Below the pieces are notes generated by a model. It was not told the origin of the DNA and searched no databases. It saw only the letters and a list, made by a program, of their open reading frames with translations. From a virus: a DNA stretch of 64,000 nt. The DNA lies in IMG/VR virus record IMGVR_UViG_3300029002_000085; one strand, written 5' to 3'. Positions 21,433-30,645 of this stretch are shown here, one piece after another (position 1 is the first letter of the stretch; every line of letters begins with the position of its first letter). The position numbers and the translations under genes are program-made.

Positions 21433-21449
21433 AAAATTTAAATTTTAAG

Positions 21450-22526
21450 TTATTTATTCTCGAAACAGCTATTCAAACTCTTAAAATCGAGTAAAGTGCC
21501 ATTATCAGCGGCTTTAATCGTCACTTCATCGTTCCCATTTTCCCCGTCATTCTTTTCTTGAGTGTCAACAGACGGCTCATTTTTTCCGGTGGTATCTTCA
21601 GAAGTGTTTTGCAGAATAGCATTCGAACGATATACTTTTCCCCAACAGTGGGGACATCTTACATAATTCATAAGGTCTTGTAGACCCTTTTGAGAAAATT
21701 CTTTCTTTTCTGATTTGACAGAATCAATAAGAGAAATTACTTGGGTTCTAATCTCCGGAGTGAGCTTCTCCATTTCTTCCCTTACAATGTCCTGTGTTAT
21801 CCATCTCTGATAATCAGCAGCATAATCTAATACCTGTTGGGCAAAGGTATGCTCTGTTTCTGCATCATAATCAAATTGATAACCACAATGAGGACATGAG
21901 ACAACGGCACCACCGTTGAGGCTCTTCAGTAATAAACTTAATTCCATATCGTATCCTTTTAAACGTTCATCACTATATCCATGCTGCAAGAACGCTTTCC
22001 GGACGAAATCAACAGCTTCCTTTACCTGGTCAGCAGTAGCAGACTTGATATTCACAAGGAACGTCTGTGGATTACTCCCCCAACTTGTCAATGTTGAATA
22101 TTCCATCATACGCCATTCAAGCACCTTACAAGGATCGATAGAATCCCTTTTGATGGCTTTTACTCCGATAGAGTGTTCTAGGGTTCTTCCATTCTCTGCA
22201 AACAGCTTATAATCAGCTAACGTATCACGGCCAATCTGTTTTTCAAGATTTAACTGACCGACCATAACCAAATTACCTTCTGTTTCCTTACCACTCAACG
22301 GAACACCTAACAACTGGTCTGTACGATGATTCAGGAACCAACGCATCCGACCAATATTTTCTTTCAATGTCTTATTGAATGAGCCGGGCATAGATATGTC
22401 ATTTTGTGAGTCCTTCACACCGATACCGTTCACCGCAACGGTAACGATACCCTTCTCATCAACATCATTTGCCTTTGTCTTGTACTGAAGGCTTTTGATT
22501 TTCTCTTCCATCTTTTTCATCTCCAC
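21450..22526 (-). CDS. Prohead (HK97/S78-family) protease with C-terminal zinc-ribbon extension
   Basis: N-terminal GIVTVAVNGIGVKDSQNDISMPGSFNKTL resembles the prohead-protease core. The C-terminal half carries CPHCGYQ...CPHCWGK. The annotated start overlaps the portal 3' end by about 60 nt, so the true start may be internal. Confidence 0.6.
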   Translation of the reverse strand: MEMKKMEEKIKSLQYKTKANDVDEKGIVTVAVNGIGVKDSQNDISMPGSFNKTLKENIGRMRWFLNHRTDQLLGVPLSGKETEGNLVMVGQLNLEKQIGRDTLADYKLFAENGRTLEHSIGVKAIKRDSIDPCKVLEWRMMEYSTLTSWGSNPQTFLVNIKSATADQVKEAVDFVRKAFLQHGYSDERLKGYDMELSLLLKSLNGGAVVSCPHCGYQFDYDAETEHTFAQQVLDYAADYQRWITQDIVREEMEKLTPEIRTQVISLIDSVKSEKKEFSQKGLQDLMNYVRCPHCWGKVYRSNAILQNTSEDTTGKNEPSVDTQEKNDGENGNDEVTIKAADNGTLLDFKSLNSCFENK

Positions 22527-23910
22527 TTTTAGTGTTAAAAACTCGATTTACTTTATCCAGTTCCTCATCTGACATATCAAATTTCAATTTGTCAAACAAG
22601 GGATTTTCTATCATACTTTCGCCTATTTGGGCACGCCAGTCATTGAGTGTTATAAGCCCACATGAGAATTGTTCACGACAACGTTTATTTATATTTGTCT
22701 TTACGTCTTCGGATTCTTTCAATCCTTCCTGCAAACAATCAACATCAGAGAAATCACAATCCAAATAATATCCCCCTCCTTCAAGACCAAGGAAAGCTGT
22801 AAAATCCTTGCAGAATTGTTTGGCCATAGGAATAACAGTTGAACAATATACGCTCTTTTCAGCAGTAGCCTGATTGCTAAATGTGGACTGGTCTTTTCGC
22901 GGAACAAGAACGGCAGGGATGCCGTATGCCCCTGCAATATTTATTGCATCAGCCAAAGTCTCTTCAAACGGCTGTAACTCTGCAATAGAAAGATTAGTAC
23001 GAACAAAGTCAATGTCTGCATCTGAAATACCATAAGGTACCTGGCCCTTCCTTACACCATACTTCTCAAAATTTTGCTTCAAAAGCTGTTCCTTTTCATC
23101 GTCAGTCAACGCTATTGAACCGGTAGCATCAGTTTTCTTACTTACAATAAAGCCCAATCCACCCCGCTTTACATAAATTACATTTCTAGCTTCATATACA
23201 GCAATTAGGTTTGATATTGGCTTATTTTGTGAATCCAAGCGACTTTTGGACTTCAAGAACATAGCCCCTGAATAGAACTCTGCACTTCCGTCTCTATCAT
23301 GCCATATTTGGTATGGAGGAATTTCCAAACTACCATTCCAACCATACTCCAAACGATAGCTACGAATAATATCTTCTGTTTGGGCAATGCCAAACAATGG
23401 CATATTCCCGTAAACAGGTTCTACAATAGTCTTATTAGAAGGTATTACCCAATAATTATCACAATACCGCCATTTTTCAGCATTAGAAAAGGCATCAGAC
23501 ATAGCAGCACGAATAAAGCTATTCCCTGTACACAATTTATAAATATGGTGCTGATAAATCAATTCTTTCCAACGCATCAAACAATTAGGACGACTAAGTA
23601 TGCCATTCATTCGTTTATTCGCCCATACTATACTGTCATCCTTAGTTTTCTTCAATTGAAAATTAGCACCTGCAATTCGCGATGCAATATAATCGATCGG
23701 AAAAAAGACTTCAGGTATCGTACTGAATAGCGTTAGATAGTTACTGCCCGCTACAATAGGACTAGTAAGGTCCTCAATGTATGCAACTGACCATTTTTCA
23801 GCCTTGCCACTTTGAGTATCTATATCCTTATTTTCAGATGAAGTAACTATTTCAACTTCACCTTTAGTCTTAGATTTCTTTCCAAATAGATTATCAAAAA
23901 AAATATTCAT
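22465..23910 (-). CDS. Portal protein (putative)
   Basis: 481-aa ORF between the large terminase and the protease; portal-typical size and acidic C-terminus. Confidence 0.6.
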   Translation of the reverse strand: MNIFFDNLFGKKSKTKGEVEIVTSSENKDIDTQSGKAEKWSVAYIEDLTSPIVAGSNYLTLFSTIPEVFFPIDYIASRIAGANFQLKKTKDDSIVWANKRMNGILSRPNCLMRWKELIYQHHIYKLCTGNSFIRAAMSDAFSNAEKWRYCDNYWVIPSNKTIVEPVYGNMPLFGIAQTEDIIRSYRLEYGWNGSLEIPPYQIWHDRDGSAEFYSGAMFLKSKSRLDSQNKPISNLIAVYEARNVIYVKRGGLGFIVSKKTDATGSIALTDDEKEQLLKQNFEKYGVRKGQVPYGISDADIDFVRTNLSIAELQPFEETLADAINIAGAYGIPAVLVPRKDQSTFSNQATAEKSVYCSTVIPMAKQFCKDFTAFLGLEGGGYYLDCDFSDVDCLQEGLKESEDVKTNINKRCREQFSCGLITLNDWRAQIGESMIENPLFDKLKFDMSDEELDKVNRVFNTKSGDEKDGRENQKPSVQDKGK

Positions 23911-24036
23911 TGGGTTCCTTTTTGAGCAAAACTAAGTAAAAAGGAGAACCGTTTTCCAAAACACTAAAATCTTGAAATTACGAAAGCATAATACCAACAA
24001 TATAACATTCTTATTTTCAACTACATATAACACAAT

Positions 24037-26052
24037 TCAATTCAAACCTAATTTTACAACGAACTGTACTAGCCCACTCAAAACAGCACTGGCCTCTTTT
24101 GTTTCACTATCTTTATTATAGTCCATCAGGTTATTCATGAAGGCAACATATTCCGTATCAGATTCTACTTTTGATGCAGAAAAAAGAATACTATTTTTCA
24201 CATAATCAGATGTTGCAGCAATACGCTTATCTACATCCGGAAACTCTTTCATTACACGAATCTCCTTGTTTGTACTAGAACGGAGTTCCCGGATAAAAGG
24301 GAAATAAGCATCTGTACATTCAATTACACATGAATCAGATTCATGGGACAAAATAGAAGAACGTATATCTTCTGTTGAAGTAGTATCCATAAATACGACA
24401 TCAACAACATGCCATTTATTCCCACATCTAAACGCTTGTATAAGGACAAATTTCCCATTAACATTCGGCATCACATATAGAATCTTCTTAGTGTATTTAC
24501 ATTCGGTATCTGGATTGAAGAAATTAATAGTGCCATTACAAGCATACAAGTTCCTTTTTCGCCGGTTACTAAACTCTATATACTGCTCACTACACAAATC
24601 CACAACAACATAGCGAAACGTATCGGATAAATGACCATGTTCCTCATATGTCTGCAAGGTAGTTTTATTCTTGACCTTGGTTTTAAGAATAGCACCGTTA
24701 GCATCTTTCTGTACGCTCATGTAGTCCTCAATAGATACCGAACATGATTCGTCAATGTATATCTCTATACCGGGAACTGTACAATCAAAGATAGCATTGA
24801 TAAACTCACCGGTCATCGCTACACTCGGATTCTTGTTGCCTACCTTATCTTCAATCTCGAACCCTTCTTTTTGCAATGTATCTATGAATAAGTCCATCCA
24901 GGAACGCTTCTCATCGTCAATGCTGTTTGCCGCTTTCGTTGAAGCATCACCATGTACATATAACCTATCAGAATATTGGATAGATTTCAGATACTTTGCA
25001 ACAAGTTTGGAAGCTTTCTTTACAGTATTGTTTGGGCTTTCAGCGCACATTTCATGAAATTGCCAAACCTTGGTACCAGTTGTGAAATCGACCTGCCAAT
25101 ATGATACGCTGATATACGGAAGCACGTTGTTATCGACAGAAATATGAATAGGTAAGTCCGGAACATACTTATGTTCACCGGAATGTTTGCCACGATTGAA
25201 GGAACCGAAGAACTCACTACCGGTACGAATGACACCCCATTCTCCCAATGCGTACACATTGTAATAATCCGGATCGTGGACTCTATCATACTCAAAGTCG
25301 GCAACACATTGCTCATCATAGAAACCATACGTACCGTCAGGACTACCGACCACCCAAAAATTATTCAAATAGGTAGATTGGATAATAACTGTATTAGGTG
25401 CCTGTTCCTCGATTTGCTTAGTACGAAGATTAAGTATTTGCCTGGGTGCATTCTTCTTTACGGATTTGACCTTGGTAAGTTCTTTCGGCAACTCTTTGCC
25501 GGCAATGGTAACCGTCATCGGTACATCATGCCATTTGTCTTTATCAATAAACTCTTTCTTTATCCAATGGCTTTCACTAATCGGGTTGAAGGTACAAATA
25601 ATCTGCTGTCCTTTCTTACCACGCAAACGCTTACGTAGCTGCTTGAAATCCGGATGCTCGAACTCTGACCATTCCTCTAACTGAACACGCTTGTAGTTAG
25701 AGATACCTTTTATTTTCTCAGGATCATCAAGACCGGAGAAATCTATCTTCGCACCATTTACTAGACATTTAATAGTATTCTGTTGGAATTTGAACAAATG
25801 GGATATGCCAAGACCGGCCGCAGCGACCTTATAATCTTCATAAATGGTTTTGAGAATAGAAGCTCCTACCTTACGCATGACAAGAGTGTTTTCACCGTCC
25901 TGTAATGTCTGTATCAGTATGGTTTGTGCCACACTATACGATTTACCGGAAGATGAACCTCCATAGAGAATGATAAAACGGATAGTCTCATCATTCAAGT
26001 ACTTCAATAAATAAAATCCGTTAGGATTTAGCTTCTTATAATTTATAACCAT
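24037..26052 (-). CDS. terL: Terminase large subunit
   Basis: Walker A motif ILYGGSSSGKS near the N-terminus, 671 aa, follows the small terminase. Confidence 0.85.
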   Translation of the reverse strand: MVINYKKLNPNGFYLLKYLNDETIRFIILYGGSSSGKSYSVAQTILIQTLQDGENTLVMRKVGASILKTIYEDYKVAAAGLGISHLFKFQQNTIKCLVNGAKIDFSGLDDPEKIKGISNYKRVQLEEWSEFEHPDFKQLRKRLRGKKGQQIICTFNPISESHWIKKEFIDKDKWHDVPMTVTIAGKELPKELTKVKSVKKNAPRQILNLRTKQIEEQAPNTVIIQSTYLNNFWVVGSPDGTYGFYDEQCVADFEYDRVHDPDYYNVYALGEWGVIRTGSEFFGSFNRGKHSGEHKYVPDLPIHISVDNNVLPYISVSYWQVDFTTGTKVWQFHEMCAESPNNTVKKASKLVAKYLKSIQYSDRLYVHGDASTKAANSIDDEKRSWMDLFIDTLQKEGFEIEDKVGNKNPSVAMTGEFINAIFDCTVPGIEIYIDESCSVSIEDYMSVQKDANGAILKTKVKNKTTLQTYEEHGHLSDTFRYVVVDLCSEQYIEFSNRRKRNLYACNGTINFFNPDTECKYTKKILYVMPNVNGKFVLIQAFRCGNKWHVVDVVFMDTTSTEDIRSSILSHESDSCVIECTDAYFPFIRELRSSTNKEIRVMKEFPDVDKRIAATSDYVKNSILFSASKVESDTEYVAFMNNLMDYNKDSETKEASAVLSGLVQFVVKLGLN

Positions 26053-26113
26053 ATTGTTCTAAAAGTAAGGTTTCTCCGTAGGGTGAATACCGGATTTTGC
26101 AGTTCAAATTGTT

Positions 26114-26659
26114 CTATTCTTCCGAATCCTCATTATCTTCAAATCCGATACGAAGTTCACCGACTTTATTTCCGTCTCCACCTTTGATGTTGACATTCTT
26201 ATCGGCTTCCCATCCATTCCAGGCACCAAGAATCCGGGCGGCTTCTGTCTTGCCGTTGAACTCATAATTAACCACTCCTCTATTATTCTGAATCTTCTTC
26301 AACGCATTACGAGCACGCTTTGGAAGTTGGGACGGACTTCTCATCTTTGTTTTCCCGGTAACAGGGTCTACATAATGTAAATCATCGGGATCAGCGAGTA
26401 CAATATCCATTAATACCTTCTCGACCGTTTTCCTCTCTACTTCAGTCTCTTTCGCCCTCTGTTGCTTAATCTCACTTATCCTTGCACTAACCTTGCTATT
26501 TGCTAATAGTCTACTCGCAGCGCTCCAAATTGTCTCTGGCTTCATGTTGGAAGTATTATAAGACATTCGATATGCTTCACTTGCATTACCTTCTGTATCA
26601 ACGTAATATTTACAGAATTTCTCTTGCTTAAATGTTAATGGTTCCTCTCGCTTTCCCAT
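26114..26659 (-). CDS. terS: Terminase small subunit (Terminase_2/P27-like)
   Basis: N-terminal LTFKQEKFCKYYVDTEGNASEAYRMSY pattern and a 181-aa basic protein directly upstream of terL. Confidence 0.7.
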   Translation of the reverse strand: MGKREEPLTFKQEKFCKYYVDTEGNASEAYRMSYNTSNMKPETIWSAASRLLANSKVSARISEIKQQRAKETEVERKTVEKVLMDIVLADPDDLHYVDPVTGKTKMRSPSQLPKRARNALKKIQNNRGVVNYEFNGKTEAARILGAWNGWEADKNVNIKGGDGNKVGELRIGFEDNEDSEE

Positions 26660-26660
26660 A

Positions 26661-27227
26661 TCAATTATTGTTTATTCCTATGAGAAAAAGAAGCTGCTCT
26701 CTATCTCTTAAAAGCTCATAGGTGGCAAGTAATGTACTGCCGGTTGTTAATATGTCATCATACACTATTATCTTCTTTTCCTTTATCGGACGAAGAAGAA
26801 AGAATTCCGGATTCAATCTATCTTTAGTTAGGCACTGAATTGCATTCTCATAGAATGGTATTTTCACCGCCCCCGCAATTTTCGTACAGATAGAGGTTGC
26901 AAAATGAAAGCCCTCGTTGTGTCTCCGTCGCGGTGTGGTGACTATACACCATCCTTCATATCCCCCTACAATGAAGCGGTGGAGAAACTCACACGCTCTC
27001 TCTGCAAAGAATGATGCAAGTTCCTCCGACTGTTTAATTTCTGAAAAGCTGGTGCCAGTCTTGGAACGGGTGAACTGGGAGATGTAATAGATATCACCCT
27101 TTTTATGAAGTGATACCTTTTCTTTCAGATCACATAACCGTTCCTGATGAGACCAGCTCTTACATTTCACCGCTTCCGGCTTATCCCAGTCATCAATACG
27201 ACATATCTTTCCTTTTCCTTTCATCAA
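26661..27227 (-). CDS. ComF/GntX-family phosphoribosyltransferase-domain protein
   Basis: PRTase signature KKIIVYDDILTTGSTLLATYELL with upstream VTTPRRRHNEGFHFATSI, matching the ComFC C-terminal domain. The N-terminal part is Cys/His-containing. It overlaps the epimerase gene, so the two are co-transcribed. Confidence 0.65.
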   Translation of the reverse strand: MMKGKGKICRIDDWDKPEAVKCKSWSHQERLCDLKEKVSLHKKGDIYYISQFTRSKTGTSFSEIKQSEELASFFAERACEFLHRFIVGGYEGWCIVTTPRRRHNEGFHFATSICTKIAGAVKIPFYENAIQCLTKDRLNPEFFLLRPIKEKKIIVYDDILTTGSTLLATYELLRDREQLLFLIGINNN

Positions 27228-27984
27228 AGATCTTCTTTACTCCGTCCTCGACAGATGTGTAAGACAAAGGTACTAAATAGATATCCCGGTTCACCGACTG
27301 CTCCAAATTGTCAAAATCCCGTTTTTTATTAATCAACTCTATTTCAATCGGTTTGTAGTATTTTACTAAAGATGCAAAATACATAGTAGTCACAGGTTGG
27401 ACGTTACAAATATTGATGAGCTGACGTTTACAGCCCACCGCATAAATAAGCCCTTCGACAACATCATCTATGTAAGTGAAGCACCGGATATTCTGACCAC
27501 AGTTGTATAATGACACGTTTTCCTTTTCCATCAGGAACCAGAGAAGAGTTCTTTTTCGCGGATTAGGTCCATATACATTATGCAGCCGGCACCCGGTCGC
27601 AGCCTTACAATAGATAGATGCATACTGTTCATCGAAATACTTGCTTATTCCATACATAGAAGTGGTATTCTCCGGATTAGCCGTTGACGAACTGGCATAT
27701 ATTAACTTCACATGATTTTGATTGCAAGCATCAGCTACTCGCATGAAAGTATCAATGTTATCCCTCCTGATTTGTTCCAGGTTTCCATTGAACACACTGG
27801 TTTGCGCTGCCAAATGGAACACACAATCAATCCCCCCATTCTTCAGGAGCTCGCATACTTTTGTGGCTTCAGTACCAGACTTTCGATCAAGTCCTATGAC
27901 TTCAACACCTCTTTTTGTCAATTCGCAGCAAAGGGCTTTGCCTATAAACCCCTCACTACCGGTTACAATCATTTTTCTCATCAT
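27193..27984 (-). CDS. NAD-dependent epimerase/dehydratase (extended SDR) family protein
   Basis: Rossmann motif MIVTGSEGFIGKALCCEL, a YxxxK-like motif and a UDP-sugar 4-epimerase-like layout. The ORF track starts at 28014; the start at Met-11/15 is more plausible. Confidence 0.75.
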   Translation of the reverse strand: MMRKMIVTGSEGFIGKALCCELTKRGVEVIGLDRKSGTEATKVCELLKNGGIDCVFHLAAQTSVFNGNLEQIRRDNIDTFMRVADACNQNHVKLIYASSSTANPENTTSMYGISKYFDEQYASIYCKAATGCRLHNVYGPNPRKRTLLWFLMEKENVSLYNCGQNIRCFTYIDDVVEGLIYAVGCKRQLINICNVQPVTTMYFASLVKYYKPIEIELINKKRDFDNLEQSVNRDIYLVPLSYTSVEDGVKKIFDERKRKDMSY

Positions 27985-28052
27985 CACAAAAAATAAAAAA
28001 GGTTGTGCCAACATTTTGACACAACCTCAAGTTCAACAATAATTAAGAGAAA

Positions 28053-28502
28053 TCACTTCTTATTGGTTTTCTTTTTAAAATAGCCCCACAATGGTGGAAT
28101 GAAAGGAAATAGGGAAATAAAAAATGCCATAATAGATAAAATATAGCTTTGATTTGATTTATCTAAATACTTATCTATATCATTGTTTTTATTATATAAT
28201 TCATTTGCTATTGAGATTATTTCATTTTCAATCTTAACATAATCATCTCCTGCCGATTTTTTGACTTTTTCAAATAGTTCTTTTTGAGTTGAATTCAATT
28301 TATCGAATGGATACTTTAGTCTAGCCTCCTCTTTTAAAAAATATAATTTTGACAAAAAAATGGTATCGACTTCTGTTCCAAGATAATAATCGCATATAAT
28401 ATCATTTATAATATACTCAATATCTACATTAGCTGTATAAGTATCCATATTTCGATCGCCTCTTACCATAACTCTTTCTTTCCTATCGTACAAACTCTTC
28501 AA
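28053..28502 (-). CDS. Hypothetical protein with C-terminal TM anchor; first gene of the TM-epimerase-PRTase operon
   Basis: 149 aa with C-terminal SIMAFFISLFPFIPPLWGYF followed by KKKTNKK. It is preceded by an inverted repeat at 28535-28560. Confidence 0.45.
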   Translation of the reverse strand: MKSLYDRKERVMVRGDRNMDTYTANVDIEYIINDIICDYYLGTEVDTIFLSKLYFLKEEARLKYPFDKLNSTQKELFEKVKKSAGDDYVKIENEIISIANELYNKNNDIDKYLDKSNQSYILSIMAFFISLFPFIPPLWGYFKKKTNKK

Positions 28503-28837
28503 ATCATCATAACTACAATTTTTATCTATTGCACTAACAAAATCATATTTTAGATTTTCATCGGTTAGACTTAACCGATTGAGGAATAAACTTTTAGCGA
28601 ATTATTTGAAAAGTGGCGGTAACGAGTTAGCAACCGTGCGAATTTCAGCGTTTTGCGTTGCTATGCTGTCAAATAACTCTTTCATTTGCAAATATAGCAT
28701 CTTTTTTCGAAAGTACGAACTATCGGCGGCAGTTTTATAAAATCGACTGGCGAAAAAACAAATAGAATTTTCCAAAATAGCTTGGGATAAGCCATTAACG
28801 AAATACTTTCTTTTAAGAGCACAGTGGTTTACCCAAT

Positions 28838-28860
28838 AAAATTATATACCTTTGTAACAA
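28838..28860 (+). promoter_or_regulatory. Bacteroides-type promoter (TAnnTTTG -7 box) for the C-protein/methyltransferase operon
   Basis: tatatacctttgtaacaag lies about 20 nt upstream of the ATG at 28879. Confidence 0.4.
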
Positions 28861-28878
28861 GTTAAAGAAGATGTCGCA

Positions 28879-29079
28879 ATGAATCGGATAAAAGAAGCAT
28901 TGATTGAGGCGGGGATTAGTCAAACTGAATTGGCTAAACGACTTGGCAAAGGTTTTAATATGGTCAATCTATACGCCACGAACAAAGTGCAACCTCCTAT
29001 ACCCGTACTATACAGGATAGCGGAAATACTGAATGTGGATGTGCGTACACTTCTTGTACCTAACGAAATAAAAAAATAG
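28879..29079 (+). CDS. XRE-family HTH protein (controller C-protein-like)
   Basis: ISQTELAKRLGKGFNMVNLYATNKVQP HTH; 66 aa; 4 nt upstream of the methyltransferase ATG. Confidence 0.7.
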   Translation: MNRIKEALIEAGISQTELAKRLGKGFNMVNLYATNKVQPPIPVLYRIAEILNVDVRTLLVPNEIKK

Positions 29080-29083
29080 ACAT

Positions 29084-30217
29084 ATGGCAAATACTAATCT
29101 AAAAGAAGCTAAGGCGGCTAAGAATGATGAGTTCTATACGCAATTTCATGACATAGAGATTGAAATGAATGCCTATCTTGAATATGACCCGGACGTGTTT
29201 AGGGGAAAGACTGTATTGCTTCCTTGTGATGACCCCGAATGGAGTAACTTTACCCGATACTTTGCTGCCAAGTTCGATGAGTTAGGCTTGAAAAAACTGA
29301 TTTCTACGAGTTATGCTCCGGATAGCAAAAAATACAAAACACCTTATCAGCCCTCTTTGTTTGAGCAAGAAGCGCCTCAATTCGACCCGTCCAAGGCACA
29401 GGTAAAAGGTAAGATATTCATCTTGGAACGAGACAAAAGCGGGGACGGGCGTATCAATATTGATGACCTCGAATGGAAGTATATGGATGGTGACGGGGAT
29501 TTCCGAAGCAAAGAAGTTACCGAACTTCGTAATGAAGCGGATTTTATTATCACCAATCCGCCGTTCTCCCTCTTTCGTGAGTTCTTGGCTTGGATTGTGG
29601 AAGCTGGGAAGAAGTTTGCTGTAATAGGTAACATGAACGCAATCACTTATAAAGAGGTCTTTCCCTTGATAAAAGATAACAAAGTTTGGTTAGGTGCTAC
29701 AGGAAATGGAAATGATATGGTTTTTGGCGTTCCTGACGGAGCTAAAGTAGATGAGAAAGACAAGGCTAAAGCTGCAAGATTGGGATATGTCGGTAATTAT
29801 ACCCGATTAGGTAATTCATGTTGGTTTACCAGCATAGAGCATGGCCGTCGTCATGAACCATTGCCACTGATGAGCATGGCAGACAACCTCCGCTTTTCCA
29901 AACATAAGGAACTGAAAGGCAAAGCTGCCTATGACCGCTACGATAATTATGATGCCATTGAAGTACCTTTTACGGATGCCATTCCTTCAGATTATGATGG
30001 AGTGATGGGAGTTCCTATATCCTTTTTGATTAAGTATTGTCCGGAGCAATTTGAAATCTTAGGGATAACCGATAGGGGCAATCAATGGGGATTAAAAACC
30101 AAGGAATACACCATTTCCGACACACCTAACTTTGCGGATTTGAACCGTAGGGGAACTATTGGGAGCAATGGCTCTTTGGTTTCAACATATGCCCGATTAC
30201 TCATACGCAAATTATGA
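29084..30217 (+). CDS. N6-adenine DNA methyltransferase, EcoRI-methylase family
   Basis: N-terminal NDEFYTQ and FTRYFAAKFDELGLKKLISTSY closely recall the M.EcoRI N-terminus. Catalytic DFIITNPPFS motif is present. Confidence 0.8.
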   Translation: MANTNLKEAKAAKNDEFYTQFHDIEIEMNAYLEYDPDVFRGKTVLLPCDDPEWSNFTRYFAAKFDELGLKKLISTSYAPDSKKYKTPYQPSLFEQEAPQFDPSKAQVKGKIFILERDKSGDGRINIDDLEWKYMDGDGDFRSKEVTELRNEADFIITNPPFSLFREFLAWIVEAGKKFAVIGNMNAITYKEVFPLIKDNKVWLGATGNGNDMVFGVPDGAKVDEKDKAKAARLGYVGNYTRLGNSCWFTSIEHGRRHEPLPLMSMADNLRFSKHKELKGKAAYDRYDNYDAIEVPFTDAIPSDYDGVMGVPISFLIKYCPEQFEILGITDRGNQWGLKTKEYTISDTPNFADLNRRGTIGSNGSLVSTYARLLIRKL

Positions 30218-30457
30218 TCTGATATGTTTAATAAGAACTCTTGCATAAACTTGGGTATAATATTTCCCGTCAACCATATAATATGTTTCATTCTGAGGAA
30301 CTTCGGAATGAAGCAAGACTGCCCCGTCATTGAGTTTCGTCACTTTCGTCTCTTTGCCATGACGGTCTACTTGAATCTGTTCTGGATAGACCTTGGAAGC
30401 ACTACCATACCAAGTTTTAGTTATCCCTAAGATTTCAAAGTACTTCATCACTCGCAA
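30212..30457 (-). pseudogene. Degenerate inverted copy of the methyltransferase C-terminal segment (with a second copy in another frame at 30458-30640)
   Basis: The 81-aa ORF reads MKYFEILGIT...YTQVYARVLIKHIRS. The methyltransferase C-terminus reads EQFEILGITDRG...STYARLLIRKL. The minus-strand frame of 30458-30640 reads EILGQTQGDSGKELG...KPYARVLIRKIASDEVL. Confidence 0.4.
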
Positions 30458-30645
30458 TTTTTCTAATTAGTACTCGTGCATATGGTTTTTGAGGTATTCC
30501 GTTCTCTAAATAGTAAAGCTGACCATCTCGTAAACTGGGATTTAGTTTCTTTAATTCACGGGGGTATGGACGCAAACCAAGTTCTTTTCCTGAATCACCT
30601 TGTGTCTGACCTAAGATTTCAACTTAAAAACAAAAACAATAAATT

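Noticed and set aside
30082-30330. Minus-strand ORF 30082..30330 (82 aa) overlapping the methyltransferase 3' end
   Set aside because: It overlaps the methyltransferase coding sequence antisense and shows no similarity to the repeated C-terminal module. It is probably spurious.
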